From an uncultured delta proteobacterium (GTDB taxonomy: Bacteria; Myxococcota_A; UBA9160; SZUA-336), in contig CAVPHD010000001.1 in the NCBI GenBank assembly GCA_963704165.1, positions 608,001 to 672,000 on the forward strand: a stretch of DNA of 64,000 nt, written 5' to 3'. Positions 1 to 12,417 of the stretch are shown piece after piece (within the stretch, counting starts at the first letter, position 1; every line of letters starts with the position of its first letter). A program made the translations under genes and the position numbers. Under the pieces are notes generated by a model. The model was not told the origin of the DNA. It saw only the letters and a program-made list of their open reading frames with translations, and ran no database searches.

Positions 1-1031
1 TACGGGTCGGGATCGCCCGAGCTGTTGTTGTACCCGACGCGCAGCCACGGCGCGCTCCAGACGTCGGGCAGCTGATACCCGACTTCGAGGGCATAGGCCC
101 ACGAGTCCTGGCTCTGGCTCTGCCAGTCGCCGAATTGCGTCGCGCCCCAAGCGAGGAAGTCCGCCTTTCCGGGACCGATCGCGTGGACGTGTGTCACATT
201 GGCACCGAGCGTGGTGATCTCGATGTCTCCGCTGTCGGCCTGTCGCACCGCGAGAGGCCGGTTGTCGACGGGCACGAGCTCCCGTCGATCCCGGTACCAG
301 ATCCCGAAGATCCGCGCGTTGGTGCCCGGAAGCGCTTCGAGCGCCTTCAGGCTCGCGGATGCGCCGGCAATGCCGACTTCGAGCTCGCGGTTCGCGTTGT
401 TCTCGAAGCCGCCCCAAGTGGGGATGAAGCCGAAGGCCGTCACGTTCATGGACGCATTGTCGATCGCGATCTGTCCGCCGTCGAAGCTTCGCCCGATGTG
501 GGTGAAGTCGAACGGACCGACGAGCCGCTCCGCGATCCTGTTCTTCTGCAGCCAGAGCAGCGTCGGATCTGCGGATGGCGCCTCGAGCCCGTCGCGGTAG
601 ATCTGTCGGCCCGCTTGCAGCGACACGCCCTTCGCGCCGAACGGATCTTTGAAGCGCAGCCACAGGTTGCGCAGCACGCCCTTCTCCTGATTCACCTCGG
701 GCGTGTTCGCGAAGTACGCTCCGCCCGGCCCGGGCGCGTTCTTCGGCAAGCTCGTGATCATCGCGTGCTGGTACTGGGCGAAGAACTCGACCGGGTCCCG
801 TGTGACCCTAAGCCCCAGTTGGAGCTTGTTCGCGAAGTATCCGTAGTCGTAATTCCGGGTCGAGGACGTCGGGTCCGTATCGAACCAGTGGACGCGCTCG
901 TAGCGAGCGCGGTCCGAAATCTCGAGCTTGATCTTGGAGTTGAGCGGTCCTTCGACCTCGAGCTGGGCTTGCGCGCTGCCGGCGACCAGAAGGAACGAGA
1001 GCGACAGGATCGAAAGTGAATGATTTCTCAT
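1..1031 (-). CDS. Alginate-export-family outer-membrane beta-barrel protein (3' end outside window)
   Basis: Own translation from ATG 1031: MRNHSLSILSLSFLLVAGSAQAQ (signal peptide), then GRQIYRDG, RLVGPFDFTHIGRSFDG, EVGYQLPDVWSAPWLRVGYNNSSGDPD; not in the ORF track because it runs off the window. Confidence 0.75.
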   Translation of the reverse strand, partial: MRNHSLSILSLSFLLVAGSAQAQLEVEGPLNSKIKLEISDRARYERVHWFDTDPTSSTRNYDYGYFANKLQLGLRVTRDPVEFFAQYQHAMITSLPKNAPGPGGAYFANTPEVNQEKGVLRNLWLRFKDPFGAKGVSLQAGRQIYRDGLEAPSADPTLLWLQKNRIAERLVGPFDFTHIGRSFDGGQIAIDNASMNVTAFGFIPTWGGFENNANRELEVGIAGASASLKALEALPGTNARIFGIWYRDRRELVPVDNRPLAVRQADSGDIEITTLGANVTHVHAIGPGKADFLAWGATQFGDWQSQSQDSWAYALEVGYQLPDVWSAPWLRVGYNNSSGDPDP

Positions 1032-1045
1032 GATGAGGAACGCGT

Positions 1046-1061
1046 AGCAGGAAGCATGCCT
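1046..1061 (-). promoter_or_regulatory. Putative sigma-54 promoter of the porin gene
   Basis: Minus strand AGGCATGCTTCCTGCT = GG-N10-GC, about 15 nt before the ATG. Confidence 0.5.
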
Positions 1062-1072
1062 TCCGGTCCCCG

Positions 1073-1762
1073 TCATCCCCATCGGAAGGCCGTGCGGAAC
1101 GCCTCTCGCCCGTCCACCTCCAGGACGTCTCCGTGCGCGACCGTCACGCGGTCGAAATCCCAGCCGAGGATCTGATCGATCGAGCTTCGCAGCGCGCGCG
1201 CATCCTTGACGATCGTGTACCGAAACAGCCGCGACGGACCGAATCGCGCATATGCGCCATTCAGGCGCATGAACGCGCGCGTGAGCAAGCTCGGCGAACG
1301 CTGGACGTTGAAGCACAGATCGACACAGAGCAGCGTTCGGCTCGCGCGGTGCAGGAAGACCACTTCGCTCATCCCGGGTGCGCCGCGCACGAAGAGCTGA
1401 TCGATCTCGTTCGCCCAGAGCGCAGGCGGAGTCCCACCGAGGTCCTCGTCGATCAGGGTCGAGCCGAGCTTCTCGCGCAGGCCGGGGGCGCCGAAGACCC
1501 GGGCATCCGGAAACGTCCGGGCGCAATCCGCGAGGAAGAGATGGTGCAGGAGATTCGGCGCGATCAGTGCCCGCACGGGACCGAGGGCCATGATCTCGTC
1601 GCGGAGTCTCTCCGTCCCCGGGCCGGGCGCGTGGACGATCACCCCGCCATCCGCGAGCCGGATCACGCAGGTGCGCGCGCCGAGGTCGAGACCCCCGACG
1701 CGGAGCGGCTGCTCGATGGCCCAGAGATCACGGTCGAGCACGCGCAGCGCGGTTGCGCTCAT
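1073..1762 (-). CDS. DUF4336-family (MBL-like) protein
   Basis: RTCVIRLADGGVIVHAP, IAPNLLHHLF, EVVFLHRASRTLLCVDL, WDFDRVTVAHG motifs. Confidence 0.8.
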   Translation of the reverse strand: MSATALRVLDRDLWAIEQPLRVGGLDLGARTCVIRLADGGVIVHAPGPGTERLRDEIMALGPVRALIAPNLLHHLFLADCARTFPDARVFGAPGLREKLGSTLIDEDLGGTPPALWANEIDQLFVRGAPGMSEVVFLHRASRTLLCVDLCFNVQRSPSLLTRAFMRLNGAYARFGPSRLFRYTIVKDARALRSSIDQILGWDFDRVTVAHGDVLEVDGREAFRTAFRWG

Positions 1763-1810
1763 CCTGTTCCCATCGTGCGCCGCGTCGCGCGGTTGTTCAA
1801 GAACTTCGAT

Positions 1811-2950
1811 CTAGTCGGCCTCGGGGTCCGCGGTCCTCCGCTCGCCAGGCTCGCCGTACTCGGCGTGGAAGCCGGCCTTCCAGGCGACGAAGCTCCCCGC
1901 GACGATCGCTTCGCGCATCTCCGTCATCAGCCTCTGATAGAAACGCACGTTGTGGATCGCGCCGAGAATCGCGGCGAGGATCTCGTTCGCTGCGTACAGG
2001 TGGTTCAGGTACGCGCGCGTGAAGGTCGCGCACGCGTAGCAGTCGCAGCTCGTGTCGATCGGATACATGTCGCGGCGATAGCGGCGGTGGTTCATGCGGA
2101 TCCGACCGCGGCGCGTGAAGAGCGTCGCCGATCGCGCGTACCGCGTCGGGATCACGCAGTCGAACATGTCGATTCCGCGCTCGACCGACGCGACGAGATC
2201 CTCCGGCAGTCCCACGCCCATCAGGTAGCGCGGCTTCGATTCCGGAAGCAGGGGCGCCGTGACCGAGACGATGCGCTTGAGCTCTTCGATACCCTCGCCG
2301 ACCGAGACGCCGCCGATCGCGTAGCCGGGCATGTCGAAGCGAACGATCGCGCGCGCGCAGTCGCTGCGAAGCTCCGGGTACACCGATCCCTGTACGATCG
2401 GAAAGAGCGCCTGGGACGACGAGCCGTGCGCGGAGATGCAGCGCTCGAGCCAGGCGAGCGAGTGATCGACTCCGCGGCGCGCGAGCTCGCGAGTCGCCGG
2501 ATAGGGCGTGCACTCGTCGAACGCCATGATGATGTCGGCGCCGAGCGCGTGCTGGATCTCGATCGAGCGCTCGGGAGTGAGCATCACCGCCCCGCCGTCG
2601 ATCTCGTTCCGGAAGCGCACGCCCTCGGGCGTGATCTCCTTGTGCTTCAAGCTGAAGACCTGAAAGCCGCCCGAGTCGGTCAGGATCGGTCCGTCCCAGG
2701 CCATGAACGCGTGGAGTCCCCCGGCCTTCTTCACGAGATCGGGTCCGGGACGGAGCAGCAGGTGGTAGGTGTTCGCGAGCACGATTCGCGCGCCGGTGGC
2801 CTTGACCTGCTCGGGCGTCATCGCGCGCACGGCAGCGTGCGTGCCGACGGGCATGAATACGGGCGTCGCCACCTCGCCGTGGTCGGTGAAGAGCCGGCCG
2901 GCGCGGGCCGCGCACGCGCGGTCCGTCGCCTCGAGCGCGAACCGGATCAC
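1811..2950 (-). CDS. tgt: tRNA-guanine(34) transglycosylase
   Basis: TPVFMPVGT, ANTYHL, LTDSGGFQVFSL, DMFDCVIPTR, CxCxxC Zn site; GTG start overlaps purM stop. Confidence 0.96.
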   Translation of the reverse strand: MIRFALEATDRACAARAGRLFTDHGEVATPVFMPVGTHAAVRAMTPEQVKATGARIVLANTYHLLLRPGPDLVKKAGGLHAFMAWDGPILTDSGGFQVFSLKHKEITPEGVRFRNEIDGGAVMLTPERSIEIQHALGADIIMAFDECTPYPATRELARRGVDHSLAWLERCISAHGSSSQALFPIVQGSVYPELRSDCARAIVRFDMPGYAIGGVSVGEGIEELKRIVSVTAPLLPESKPRYLMGVGLPEDLVASVERGIDMFDCVIPTRYARSATLFTRRGRIRMNHRRYRRDMYPIDTSCDCYACATFTRAYLNHLYAANEILAAILGAIHNVRFYQRLMTEMREAIVAGSFVAWKAGFHAEYGEPGERRTADPEAD

Positions 2951-4017
2951 GACTCGCGGACGAAGAGCTTCGACCGCCCGATCAGTCGTTCGGGCAGGAT
3001 CCGGATCGCGCGCTCGGGATCCGCGACCGCGCGGCCGAGCCGCCACGCTTCGACGCCCGTTCCGTGGAGCGCTGCAAGCGTACGCTCGACGTCGGACTCG
3101 GGCACGACCACGGTCAAGCCGATGCCGAGGTTGAAGACGCTGGCCATCTCGGCCGCATCGAGCTCACCGAGCTTGCGGATCATCGCGAAGATCGGCTGCG
3201 GCGGCGGCAGGAAGTCGATCTCGAAGCCGACCGGTGCTTCGATCCGCCGCACGTTGAGGAAGCCGTCACCGGTGATGTGGGCGAGCGCGTGCGGCCGAAC
3301 GCCCGCCTTCGCGAGCGCCTCGACCTGGGCGACATAGATCCGTGTCGGGCGCAGCAGCTCGTCCGCGAGCGTGCCGCCGAGCTCCTCGACGTACTCCTCG
3401 AAGCCGAGCTTGCGTTGCAGGACCGAGCGCGCCAGCGTGAGACCGTTCGAGTGCACACCGTTCGAAGCCACGCCGATCAGCGCATCGCCAGGCTGCACCT
3501 TCGAGCCGTCGATCAGTCCGCCGTCGGGCACGAGACCGATCGCCATGCCCACCAGGTCCAGTCCGCTGCCTTCGCGCGCGCCGCGCAACATGGCGGGGAT
3601 CAGCGCGGTCTCTCCGCCGACGATCGAGATGCCCGCCTGGCGCGCACCCTCGCAGAGACCCTTGCCGATCTGGCCGAAGACCTCGGGATCACAGCGCTCG
3701 ACCGCGATGTAGTCGAGCATCGCGATGGGCTTTGCGCCGACGCAGATCAGGTCGTTGACGTTCATGGCGACACAGTCGATCCCGATCGTGTCGTAACGGC
3801 CTACGGCCTGTGCGACCAGCAGCTTCGTGCCCACGCCGTCGGTCGTCAGCGCCACGTGCAACGGTCCGAGCCGGATGACCGCCGCGAAGTGCCCGATGCC
3901 GATTTCGCTGGCGGCGCCGAACGCCTGCGTCGGCGAGATTTCCAGGATCAACCGCGCCAGCGCGCGATCCGCTTCGCTCGTGTCCACGCCGCTGCGCGCG
4001 TACTCGCTCTGGCTCAT
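2947..4017 (-). CDS. purM: Phosphoribosylformylglycinamidine cyclo-ligase (AIR synthetase)
   Basis: TTDGVGTK, GIDCVAMNVND, GGETA, GVHSNG, HITGDG, FNLGIG. Confidence 0.95.
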   Translation of the reverse strand: MSQSEYARSGVDTSEADRALARLILEISPTQAFGAASEIGIGHFAAVIRLGPLHVALTTDGVGTKLLVAQAVGRYDTIGIDCVAMNVNDLICVGAKPIAMLDYIAVERCDPEVFGQIGKGLCEGARQAGISIVGGETALIPAMLRGAREGSGLDLVGMAIGLVPDGGLIDGSKVQPGDALIGVASNGVHSNGLTLARSVLQRKLGFEEYVEELGGTLADELLRPTRIYVAQVEALAKAGVRPHALAHITGDGFLNVRRIEAPVGFEIDFLPPPQPIFAMIRKLGELDAAEMASVFNLGIGLTVVVPESDVERTLAALHGTGVEAWRLGRAVADPERAIRILPERLIGRSKLFVRES

Positions 4018-4042
4018 TCGCGCCCCGCGCTGTGGCAAGAGG

Positions 4043-4168
4043 TCAGGTGTTGGTGGACTCGCCGCGGCTGCGCCGTAGCCGGACGCGCCGAGTCTTGGCC
4101 TTCAACTTCGCCCGGTGACGCACGCTCTTCTTGCGGTTCCGGTGCCCGAGCTTGGTCGATTTCTTCAT
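4043..4168 (-). CDS. 41-aa very basic small protein
   Basis: MKKSTKLGHRNRKKSVRHRAKLKAKTRRVRLRRSRGESTNT; Lys-rich despite GC-rich DNA, TAAGCT -10-like element upstream, just before purM. Confidence 0.6.
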   Translation of the reverse strand: MKKSTKLGHRNRKKSVRHRAKLKAKTRRVRLRRSRGESTNT

Positions 4169-4262
4169 GGCGTCGCGCAGCTTACCCGCCCCGGCGCATC
4201 CCTGCCAGCAGCCCGCGCTAGGATCCGGTCGTGCCGGCGCCGAGCGAAGCTGGAGGCGAAAG

Positions 4263-5156
4263 TTGAACGCGCGCGTGCGCGTGCGCCCGGGAGTCCCCGA
4301 GGCGTCCCATCGCATCCTCGCCGAGGCTGGCCTCGCCTTCGATGTCGGCCCGCTCGACTGCTCCGGCGCCGAAGCGCTGCTCTGCCTGCTGACCGACCGG
4401 ATCGACGCCGGCTTCCTCGCCAGCCACCCCGGGCTGCGCATCGTCGCGAACATGGCGGTGGGCACGGACAACGTCGATCTGGCCGAAGCCGCACGTCTCG
4501 GCATCGCCATCTCGAACACGCCCGACGTGCTGACCGACGCGACCGCCGACCTCGCGTTCGCTCTCCTGCTCGCCGCCGCGCGCCGCCTCGCCTGGGCCGA
4601 CCGCTACGTGCGCGCGGGCGGCTTCGTCGGCTGGAATCCCGAGCTCGGAATCGGTCTCGACGTGACCGGGCGAACGCTGGGAATCGTCGGCGCGGGCCGG
4701 ATCGGCCGCGCGGTCGCGGAACGCGCGCGGGGCTTCAAGATGGAGGTGCTGCTCCACTCGCGGAGCACCGGGCTGCCGCTCGCGGAGCTGCTCCCGCGCA
4801 GCGACTTCATCTCGCTTCACGTCCCGCTGGGCGCCGAGACCCGCCACCTGATCGGCGCACCGGAATTCGCGCGCATGAAGCCGACCGCCGTCTTGGTGAA
4901 CACCGCGCGCGGGCCGATCGTCGACGAGACCGCGCTGGTCCGCGCGCTCCGCGAGGGACGGATCGCCGCGGCTGGCCTCGACGTCTTCGAGAACGAGCCG
5001 AAGCTCGCCCCCGGCCTGTGCGATCTGCCCCAGGTCGTGCTCGCGCCGCATGTCGGCAGCGCCACGATCGCGACGCGCACGCGAATGGCCGAGGTCGCCG
5101 CACGAAACATCGTCGCCGCGCTGCGCGGAGAGAGGATTCCGAACCGGGTCGCGTAG
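4263..5156 (+). CDS. D-glycerate dehydrogenase / glyoxylate reductase (2-hydroxyacid dehydrogenase)
   Basis: NTPDVLTDATAD, GIVGAGRIG, VNTARG, GLDVFENEP, APHVGSAT; GGAGG before TTG start. Confidence 0.9.
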   Translation: MNARVRVRPGVPEASHRILAEAGLAFDVGPLDCSGAEALLCLLTDRIDAGFLASHPGLRIVANMAVGTDNVDLAEAARLGIAISNTPDVLTDATADLAFALLLAAARRLAWADRYVRAGGFVGWNPELGIGLDVTGRTLGIVGAGRIGRAVAERARGFKMEVLLHSRSTGLPLAELLPRSDFISLHVPLGAETRHLIGAPEFARMKPTAVLVNTARGPIVDETALVRALREGRIAAAGLDVFENEPKLAPGLCDLPQVVLAPHVGSATIATRTRMAEVAARNIVAALRGERIPNRVA

Positions 5157-7547
<2,391 letters not shown>

Positions 7548-7572
7548 GGCGTCAACGACGGAGGAGATCCCG

Positions 7573-7980
7573 ATGGACGTTCAGGGCGGGTGCTATTGCG
7601 GAGCGGTCCGATACCGCGCGACCGGCGACGCGCTGATGCGAGCGCAGTGTCACTGCCGCGAGTGCCAGTACATCAGCGGTGGAAGCCCCAACGTGTTCAT
7701 GGCCGTGCCCGAGTCGGGATTCAGCTACACCAAGGCGCAACCCAAGGTCTTCCGCCGCAAGGATCTGCCGAATCCGGTCACGCGCGAGTTCTGCGCGGAG
7801 TGCGGCACGCACATCCTGGCGCGTGCGCCGGGCTTGAAGGGAGCGGCCATCCTGAAGGTCGGAACCCTCGACGATCCGAGCGCCTTCGGCAGCCCGCAGG
7901 TCGCGATCTTCACCATCGACAAGCAGATCTTCCACCAGATTCCCGCCGGCGTGGCCGCGTTCGAGCGCGTCCCCGGCTGA
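7573..7980 (+). CDS. GFA (CENP-V/glutathione-dependent formaldehyde-activating) family protein
   Basis: GGCYCGAVRY, CHCRECQ, REFCAECGT. Confidence 0.92.
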   Translation: MDVQGGCYCGAVRYRATGDALMRAQCHCRECQYISGGSPNVFMAVPESGFSYTKAQPKVFRRKDLPNPVTREFCAECGTHILARAPGLKGAAILKVGTLDDPSAFGSPQVAIFTIDKQIFHQIPAGVAAFERVPG

Positions 7981-7997
7981 GGCGGGATCCGGCATCG

Positions 7998-8681
7998 ATG
8001 GAAGCTCCCACCCCCGGACCCATGGGCATGCTGCGCGAGGGGCTCGGCTTGCTCGAGCTGCCGCTCCTCGCGTTGCGATTCCCGGAGCTCGCGCGCATGC
8101 CCCGAGGGTCCGGCCAGCCCGTGATGGTCCTGCCCGGCTTCGGGGCGGGTGACACGTCGACCCTCGTGCTTCGGGCCTACCTCGGCTTCCTCGGCTACCG
8201 CGTTCGGGGCTGGAGCCTGGGCGTGAACACGGGCGAGGTGCGCGCTCTGCTGCCGCGCATACTGACGACGGTGGCGGACATGGCCGAGGCTGCGGGCGCG
8301 CCGGTTCGATTGATCGGCTGGAGCCTCGGCGGTGTGCTCGCACGCGAGGTCGCGCGTGAGCGGCCCGACCTGGTCGGGCGTGTGCTGACGCTGGGTTCGC
8401 CGGTGATCGGCGGGCCGAAGTACACGGCAGCCGGCCGCACGTTCCGGAAGCGGGGCGTGGACCTCGACGCGCTCGAAGCCGAGGTCGAGAGCCGCGAAGC
8501 TACGCCGATTCGTGTACCCATCACGGCGATCTGGTCGCGCGCGGACGGCATCGTCGCCTGGCAGGCGTGCGTCGATCGGCGCAGTCCGGACGTCGAGAAC
8601 GTCGAGGTTCGCGCGACGCATCTCGGGCTCGGGTTCGCCGCCGACGTGTACCGCGTGATCGCGGAGCGGCTCGCGAGATGA
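7998..8681 (+). CDS. Alpha/beta hydrolase (esterase/lipase-like)
   Basis: VMVLPGF, GWSLGG nucleophile elbow, DGIV, THLGL. Confidence 0.85.
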   Translation: MEAPTPGPMGMLREGLGLLELPLLALRFPELARMPRGSGQPVMVLPGFGAGDTSTLVLRAYLGFLGYRVRGWSLGVNTGEVRALLPRILTTVADMAEAAGAPVRLIGWSLGGVLAREVARERPDLVGRVLTLGSPVIGGPKYTAAGRTFRKRGVDLDALEAEVESREATPIRVPITAIWSRADGIVAWQACVDRRSPDVENVEVRATHLGLGFAADVYRVIAERLAR

Positions 8682-9310
8682 AGTTGTACGTCTTCCCGGT
8701 CGCGCCGAACCCGACGCGCGTGCGCTTGTACCTGGCCGAGAAGCGCGAGGCCGGCACGGAGCTGCCGGTCGAGGAAGAGCGCGTGAATCTGCCCAGGTCG
8801 GAGCAGCGCATGCCCGAGCACCTGGCGCGCAACCCGCTCGGGCGCGTACCCGTGCTCGAGCTCGACGATGGCTCCCATCTGACCGAGTCCCTCGCGATCA
8901 TCGAGTATCTCGAGGAGCGCTACCCCGAGCCGCCATTGATCGGACGCGATCCCCTCGAGCGCGCACGGGTGAGGGAGCTCGAACGCATCGTCGAGATCGG
9001 CGTCCTGCTTCCCGTCGCGCGCATCGTCCACGCCACGAAGTCGCCGCTCCGTCTGCCACCGTCGCCCGAAGTCGCTGCACACTTCCGGGGTCTCTTGCCG
9101 GAGGCGCTCGAGCTTCTGGATGCGAAGCTCGCTGACGATCGCGCGTTCGTCGCCGGCTCGCGGCCGAGCATCGCCGATTGCACGCTCGCGGCCGCATTTC
9201 AGTTCGCGCGTTTCGGTGGCGTCGAGATCGACGCGCGCTTCTCGAACATCGCGCGCTGGGATCACTCCTACCGCGAGCGGACGCCCGCGAAGACGGTCCT
9301 CGTCGTCTAG
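8678..9310 (+). CDS. Glutathione S-transferase family protein
   Basis: APNPTRVRLYLAEK, NPLGRVPVLELDDG, ESLAIIEYL, SIADC. Confidence 0.9.
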   Translation: MKLYVFPVAPNPTRVRLYLAEKREAGTELPVEEERVNLPRSEQRMPEHLARNPLGRVPVLELDDGSHLTESLAIIEYLEERYPEPPLIGRDPLERARVRELERIVEIGVLLPVARIVHATKSPLRLPPSPEVAAHFRGLLPEALELLDAKLADDRAFVAGSRPSIADCTLAAAFQFARFGGVEIDARFSNIARWDHSYRERTPAKTVLVV

Positions 9311-12300
9311 TAGTCGTACGTCCAGATCAGGTCGACGTGCGAGTCGCCTCGGCTCGACGCGCCGCTCTCGATCGTCCAACGTGGTGCGAAGTTCCAGTCG
9401 ACCCGTACGTCGCTGTCGCCGTTGCCGCCGATGTCCTGGCCGTAGTGCACGTAGATGTCCTCGGTCAGATACCGCCCGACGCCGATCGTCGGCGTGCTGG
9501 TCGATTCCGAGGTCTTCACGTCGAGCGAATCGACCGGAAGTGGAATCGCGAGGCGTTCGGTGAGTTCTGCCAGCGCTGCGCCGCCGGCGGTCTCGGTGAG
9601 AACCGATTGCAGTGCGCTGGCCTGAGCGGAGTCGAGCTCCTGGCGCGTGCGTCCGAACAAGAGAAGCGCCAGCACATCGTGCTCCGGATAGGGCGGATCG
9701 CTCTCGAGGCGAAGGGTCGGCGCCGAAGCGCGGCCGCCGATCAGCGCGAAGATCGAGATCTGTCGCACGCGGTAGCGCGCGCGCAGATCGAGGTCGGGAT
9801 CGAGATCGGCGCGGCCCGAGAAATCGGCGGCACCGTGCTCGACGATGAAGGTCTTGCCGCGCAGCCGGTAGCTGCCCGAGAGCGTCTCGATCCGGCCAAG
9901 GACGCCAATCGACCGGCCCGGGAACTTGCGCGCGCGCAGTCGGCCACCGACGACGGCGTCCGCGCCGTCGCCCGTCACGCGACCGCCGGGTGGAACGTCG
10001 ACGCGAAGATCGAGCGACGCCTGCTCGTAGAAACGCGGGATCTCGGATGTTTCGGTCTCGGCCCGCCGCGCCGGTGGGACACCGCGCCGTACCGAGATTT
10101 CACCGAGCAGGGGATGGGTCTCGCGTGCGAGCGAGTAGTGAAGATCGCGCAGGGTCAGATCACCGTTCGCGACGAGCGAATCGAACGGCCCGACGAGCGT
10201 GACCGAGCCGTCGAGGTTGCCGCGCAACGACGTTCCGCGCCGCACGGGATATGCGTGTGCGTCGATGCGAAGATCGACGCCGAGGGGAAGCAGATCCGCG
10301 AGCAGAACCTCGCCGGTCAGGGTGGCATGACCGCCGCCCTCGCTTTCGATCCGAAGCTCCTCGACGTGGACCGCATCGCGTGAGAATCGGAGCTTCGCGT
10401 CGAGTGGACCGACGCGCTGCCCGAGCGTTGGAAGATCGATCAAGGCGCGCGTGACTCGGAGCTCGCCCTCGAGTCTCGAATCGGGACGGCCACCCTGCGC
10501 CTCGATGCGAACCTGCGCCCTGCCCTCGACCGGGCGAAGCGCCTCCGGGAAGAACGAGGCGATCTGCGCGAGATCGAGATCCTCCCCCGACACGGACGCA
10601 AACATCTTCGGAGACTCGAGTATTTCGAGAAGATCGATCCCCGGAATCCATGGCGCGCGCAGAGTTCCGACCAGGAGATCCCGGCCACCGCTCGAGAGGC
10701 GCGCGTCGGCGCGCAGACTCCCCGCGCCGGTCTCGAACGAGATCGCGAGCGGCGAGGCCGAGATCTTCTCGAGCTCGGGCCCGGTCCAGACCGCGTCACC
10801 GCGGAGCTCCGGCCGGGGCAGCGCGCCTTTCGAGACGAACGTGCCCGTCAACAGACCACCGACCGGAAGCGGGGCGTCGAGCCGCGCGGAGAGGCGCTCG
10901 AGATCGAGCGCGTCGATCTCGACGCGCAGCTCGTGAGTGCCGCTCGCGTCGAGCTGTCCCGAGAGCAGCAGCGAGCGGACCTCCGGCAGGATCAGGCCCG
11001 CACGCTCGAGCACGATCCGATCGGCTTCCCGGTGCGCCTCGATCGGACCGTCGTTCTCGAGCTTCACGAATTGCCCGTCGACGACGAACGGATCGAGCCG
11101 GAAGCGATCGCGACCCGCGCTCGTGATGCGCGTACGGAACGCACCGATCTGCCGGTCGGCGAGGCGGAGGTCGCGCACGTCGATCTCGACCGATCCGGTC
11201 GGATCTCGAAACGCCCCTTCGAGCTTTCCGGAAACTCTCGCGCTTCCGCCGACGTCATGGCCCGCAATCGAGGCGAGCGCGTGCAGATCGGTGACATCGA
11301 GCTCGAGATCGAAGGCCGTCATCCGCTCCAGGTCGCCCGATCCGCTGGCCCGCAGTGCCGCCGAATCCGATTCGAACGTCACCGCGAAGAGCTCCCAGCT
11401 GCCGTCGGCGAAGCGGCCACGGAGCTCACCGGTCTCGATGCGAAGCGCCCCGATCCGCGACGGCGCGAGGCGGATCGTCGCTTCGCCGCGACTTCGGAGC
11501 AGCGGTTCCCCGGAACGATGCGATGCCTCGAGTTCGAGCGTGCCGCAAAACGCTCCTTCGAGCCCGGGGCGCGCGAGCAGGACGCCGAGGTCCAGCTCCT
11601 CTGCGAATCCCGAGACCCGAAACGACGCCGGCATCGACGGGTCGAGCCAGCCGGCGAGATCGGTCGAACCTTCCACCCGGGCGCGGCCGAACTCGCTGTC
11701 GAGGCTCGAAGGCACGAGCTCGAGGTGCGAGCCCGCGAGGCGCAGCTCGACTTCCGCCCGGTGAAGCGCGCGACCTGCCACGACGCCCGGCTCGAGCTGG
11801 AGCGAGATCTCGGCTCTCTCCGGCCAGCCCGGCGGACCCGATCGCGGAAACTCGACACGCGACAGTGTTGCCGCGATCGACCCTGCGAGCCGCGTGGCGG
11901 CCTCGGATCCCGGCGCGTCGAACTCGACCCGCGAATCCGAGAGCGACACGTCGCGAAGCTCCACCGCGATCGCTCTCTCGGCTGCGGCCTCGGTGGGGCT
12001 CGGCCAGGTCTCCCACGGCCAGCCGCGCTCGGGATCTCGGGACGCCGAGAGCGTCGCACCCTCGATCCCGAGGCTCTCGACGATGACGAGCCGCCTTTGA
12101 AGCAGCTCACCGAGATCGAGCCGCACCCGCACGGCGCGGACACGGATCGGGGCCGCGCCGTCGAGTTCGAGCGCGAGATCGCGAAGCGTCGCGTCCGGAT
12201 AGAGTGGCCCATCGAGCGCGCCGAGACGGATCCGCGCGGGAAGGCCCGCATCCGCGAGCGCGCTCGACAGCGTCGTCTCGAGCAGCGCGCGCACCCGCTC

Positions 12301-12417
12301 CCGCTGCCAGCCGTGCGAGACCGCCCCGACGACGAGTGCGAGCGCAAGCGTCACCACCACGAGCACGGCGAACACGGCCGCGCTCGTCCACACCAGAGTG
12401 CGTAGAGTGCGGCGCAT
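9307..12417 (-). CDS. tamB: Translocation/assembly module TamB (DUF490)
   Basis: N-terminal TM anchor, long beta-rich body, C-terminal DPDLDLRA..LESDP..VLALLLFG..GRYLTEDIYV; downstream of an Omp85 gene. Confidence 0.85.
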   Translation of the reverse strand: MRRTLRTLVWTSAAVFAVLVVVTLALALVVGAVSHGWQRERVRALLETTLSSALADAGLPARIRLGALDGPLYPDATLRDLALELDGAAPIRVRAVRVRLDLGELLQRRLVIVESLGIEGATLSASRDPERGWPWETWPSPTEAAAERAIAVELRDVSLSDSRVEFDAPGSEAATRLAGSIAATLSRVEFPRSGPPGWPERAEISLQLEPGVVAGRALHRAEVELRLAGSHLELVPSSLDSEFGRARVEGSTDLAGWLDPSMPASFRVSGFAEELDLGVLLARPGLEGAFCGTLELEASHRSGEPLLRSRGEATIRLAPSRIGALRIETGELRGRFADGSWELFAVTFESDSAALRASGSGDLERMTAFDLELDVTDLHALASIAGHDVGGSARVSGKLEGAFRDPTGSVEIDVRDLRLADRQIGAFRTRITSAGRDRFRLDPFVVDGQFVKLENDGPIEAHREADRIVLERAGLILPEVRSLLLSGQLDASGTHELRVEIDALDLERLSARLDAPLPVGGLLTGTFVSKGALPRPELRGDAVWTGPELEKISASPLAISFETGAGSLRADARLSSGGRDLLVGTLRAPWIPGIDLLEILESPKMFASVSGEDLDLAQIASFFPEALRPVEGRAQVRIEAQGGRPDSRLEGELRVTRALIDLPTLGQRVGPLDAKLRFSRDAVHVEELRIESEGGGHATLTGEVLLADLLPLGVDLRIDAHAYPVRRGTSLRGNLDGSVTLVGPFDSLVANGDLTLRDLHYSLARETHPLLGEISVRRGVPPARRAETETSEIPRFYEQASLDLRVDVPPGGRVTGDGADAVVGGRLRARKFPGRSIGVLGRIETLSGSYRLRGKTFIVEHGAADFSGRADLDPDLDLRARYRVRQISIFALIGGRASAPTLRLESDPPYPEHDVLALLLFGRTRQELDSAQASALQSVLTETAGGAALAELTERLAIPLPVDSLDVKTSESTSTPTIGVGRYLTEDIYVHYGQDIGGNGDSDVRVDWNFAPRWTIESGASSRGDSHVDLIWTYDY

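Noticed and set aside
135..1019. 294-aa plus-strand ORF, and many similar long Arg/Ala-rich shadow ORFs (e.g. 1133-3337, 19895-22021, 48747-50711, 61235-63547)
   Set aside because: Antisense or alternative frames of real genes; stop codons are rare at this GC
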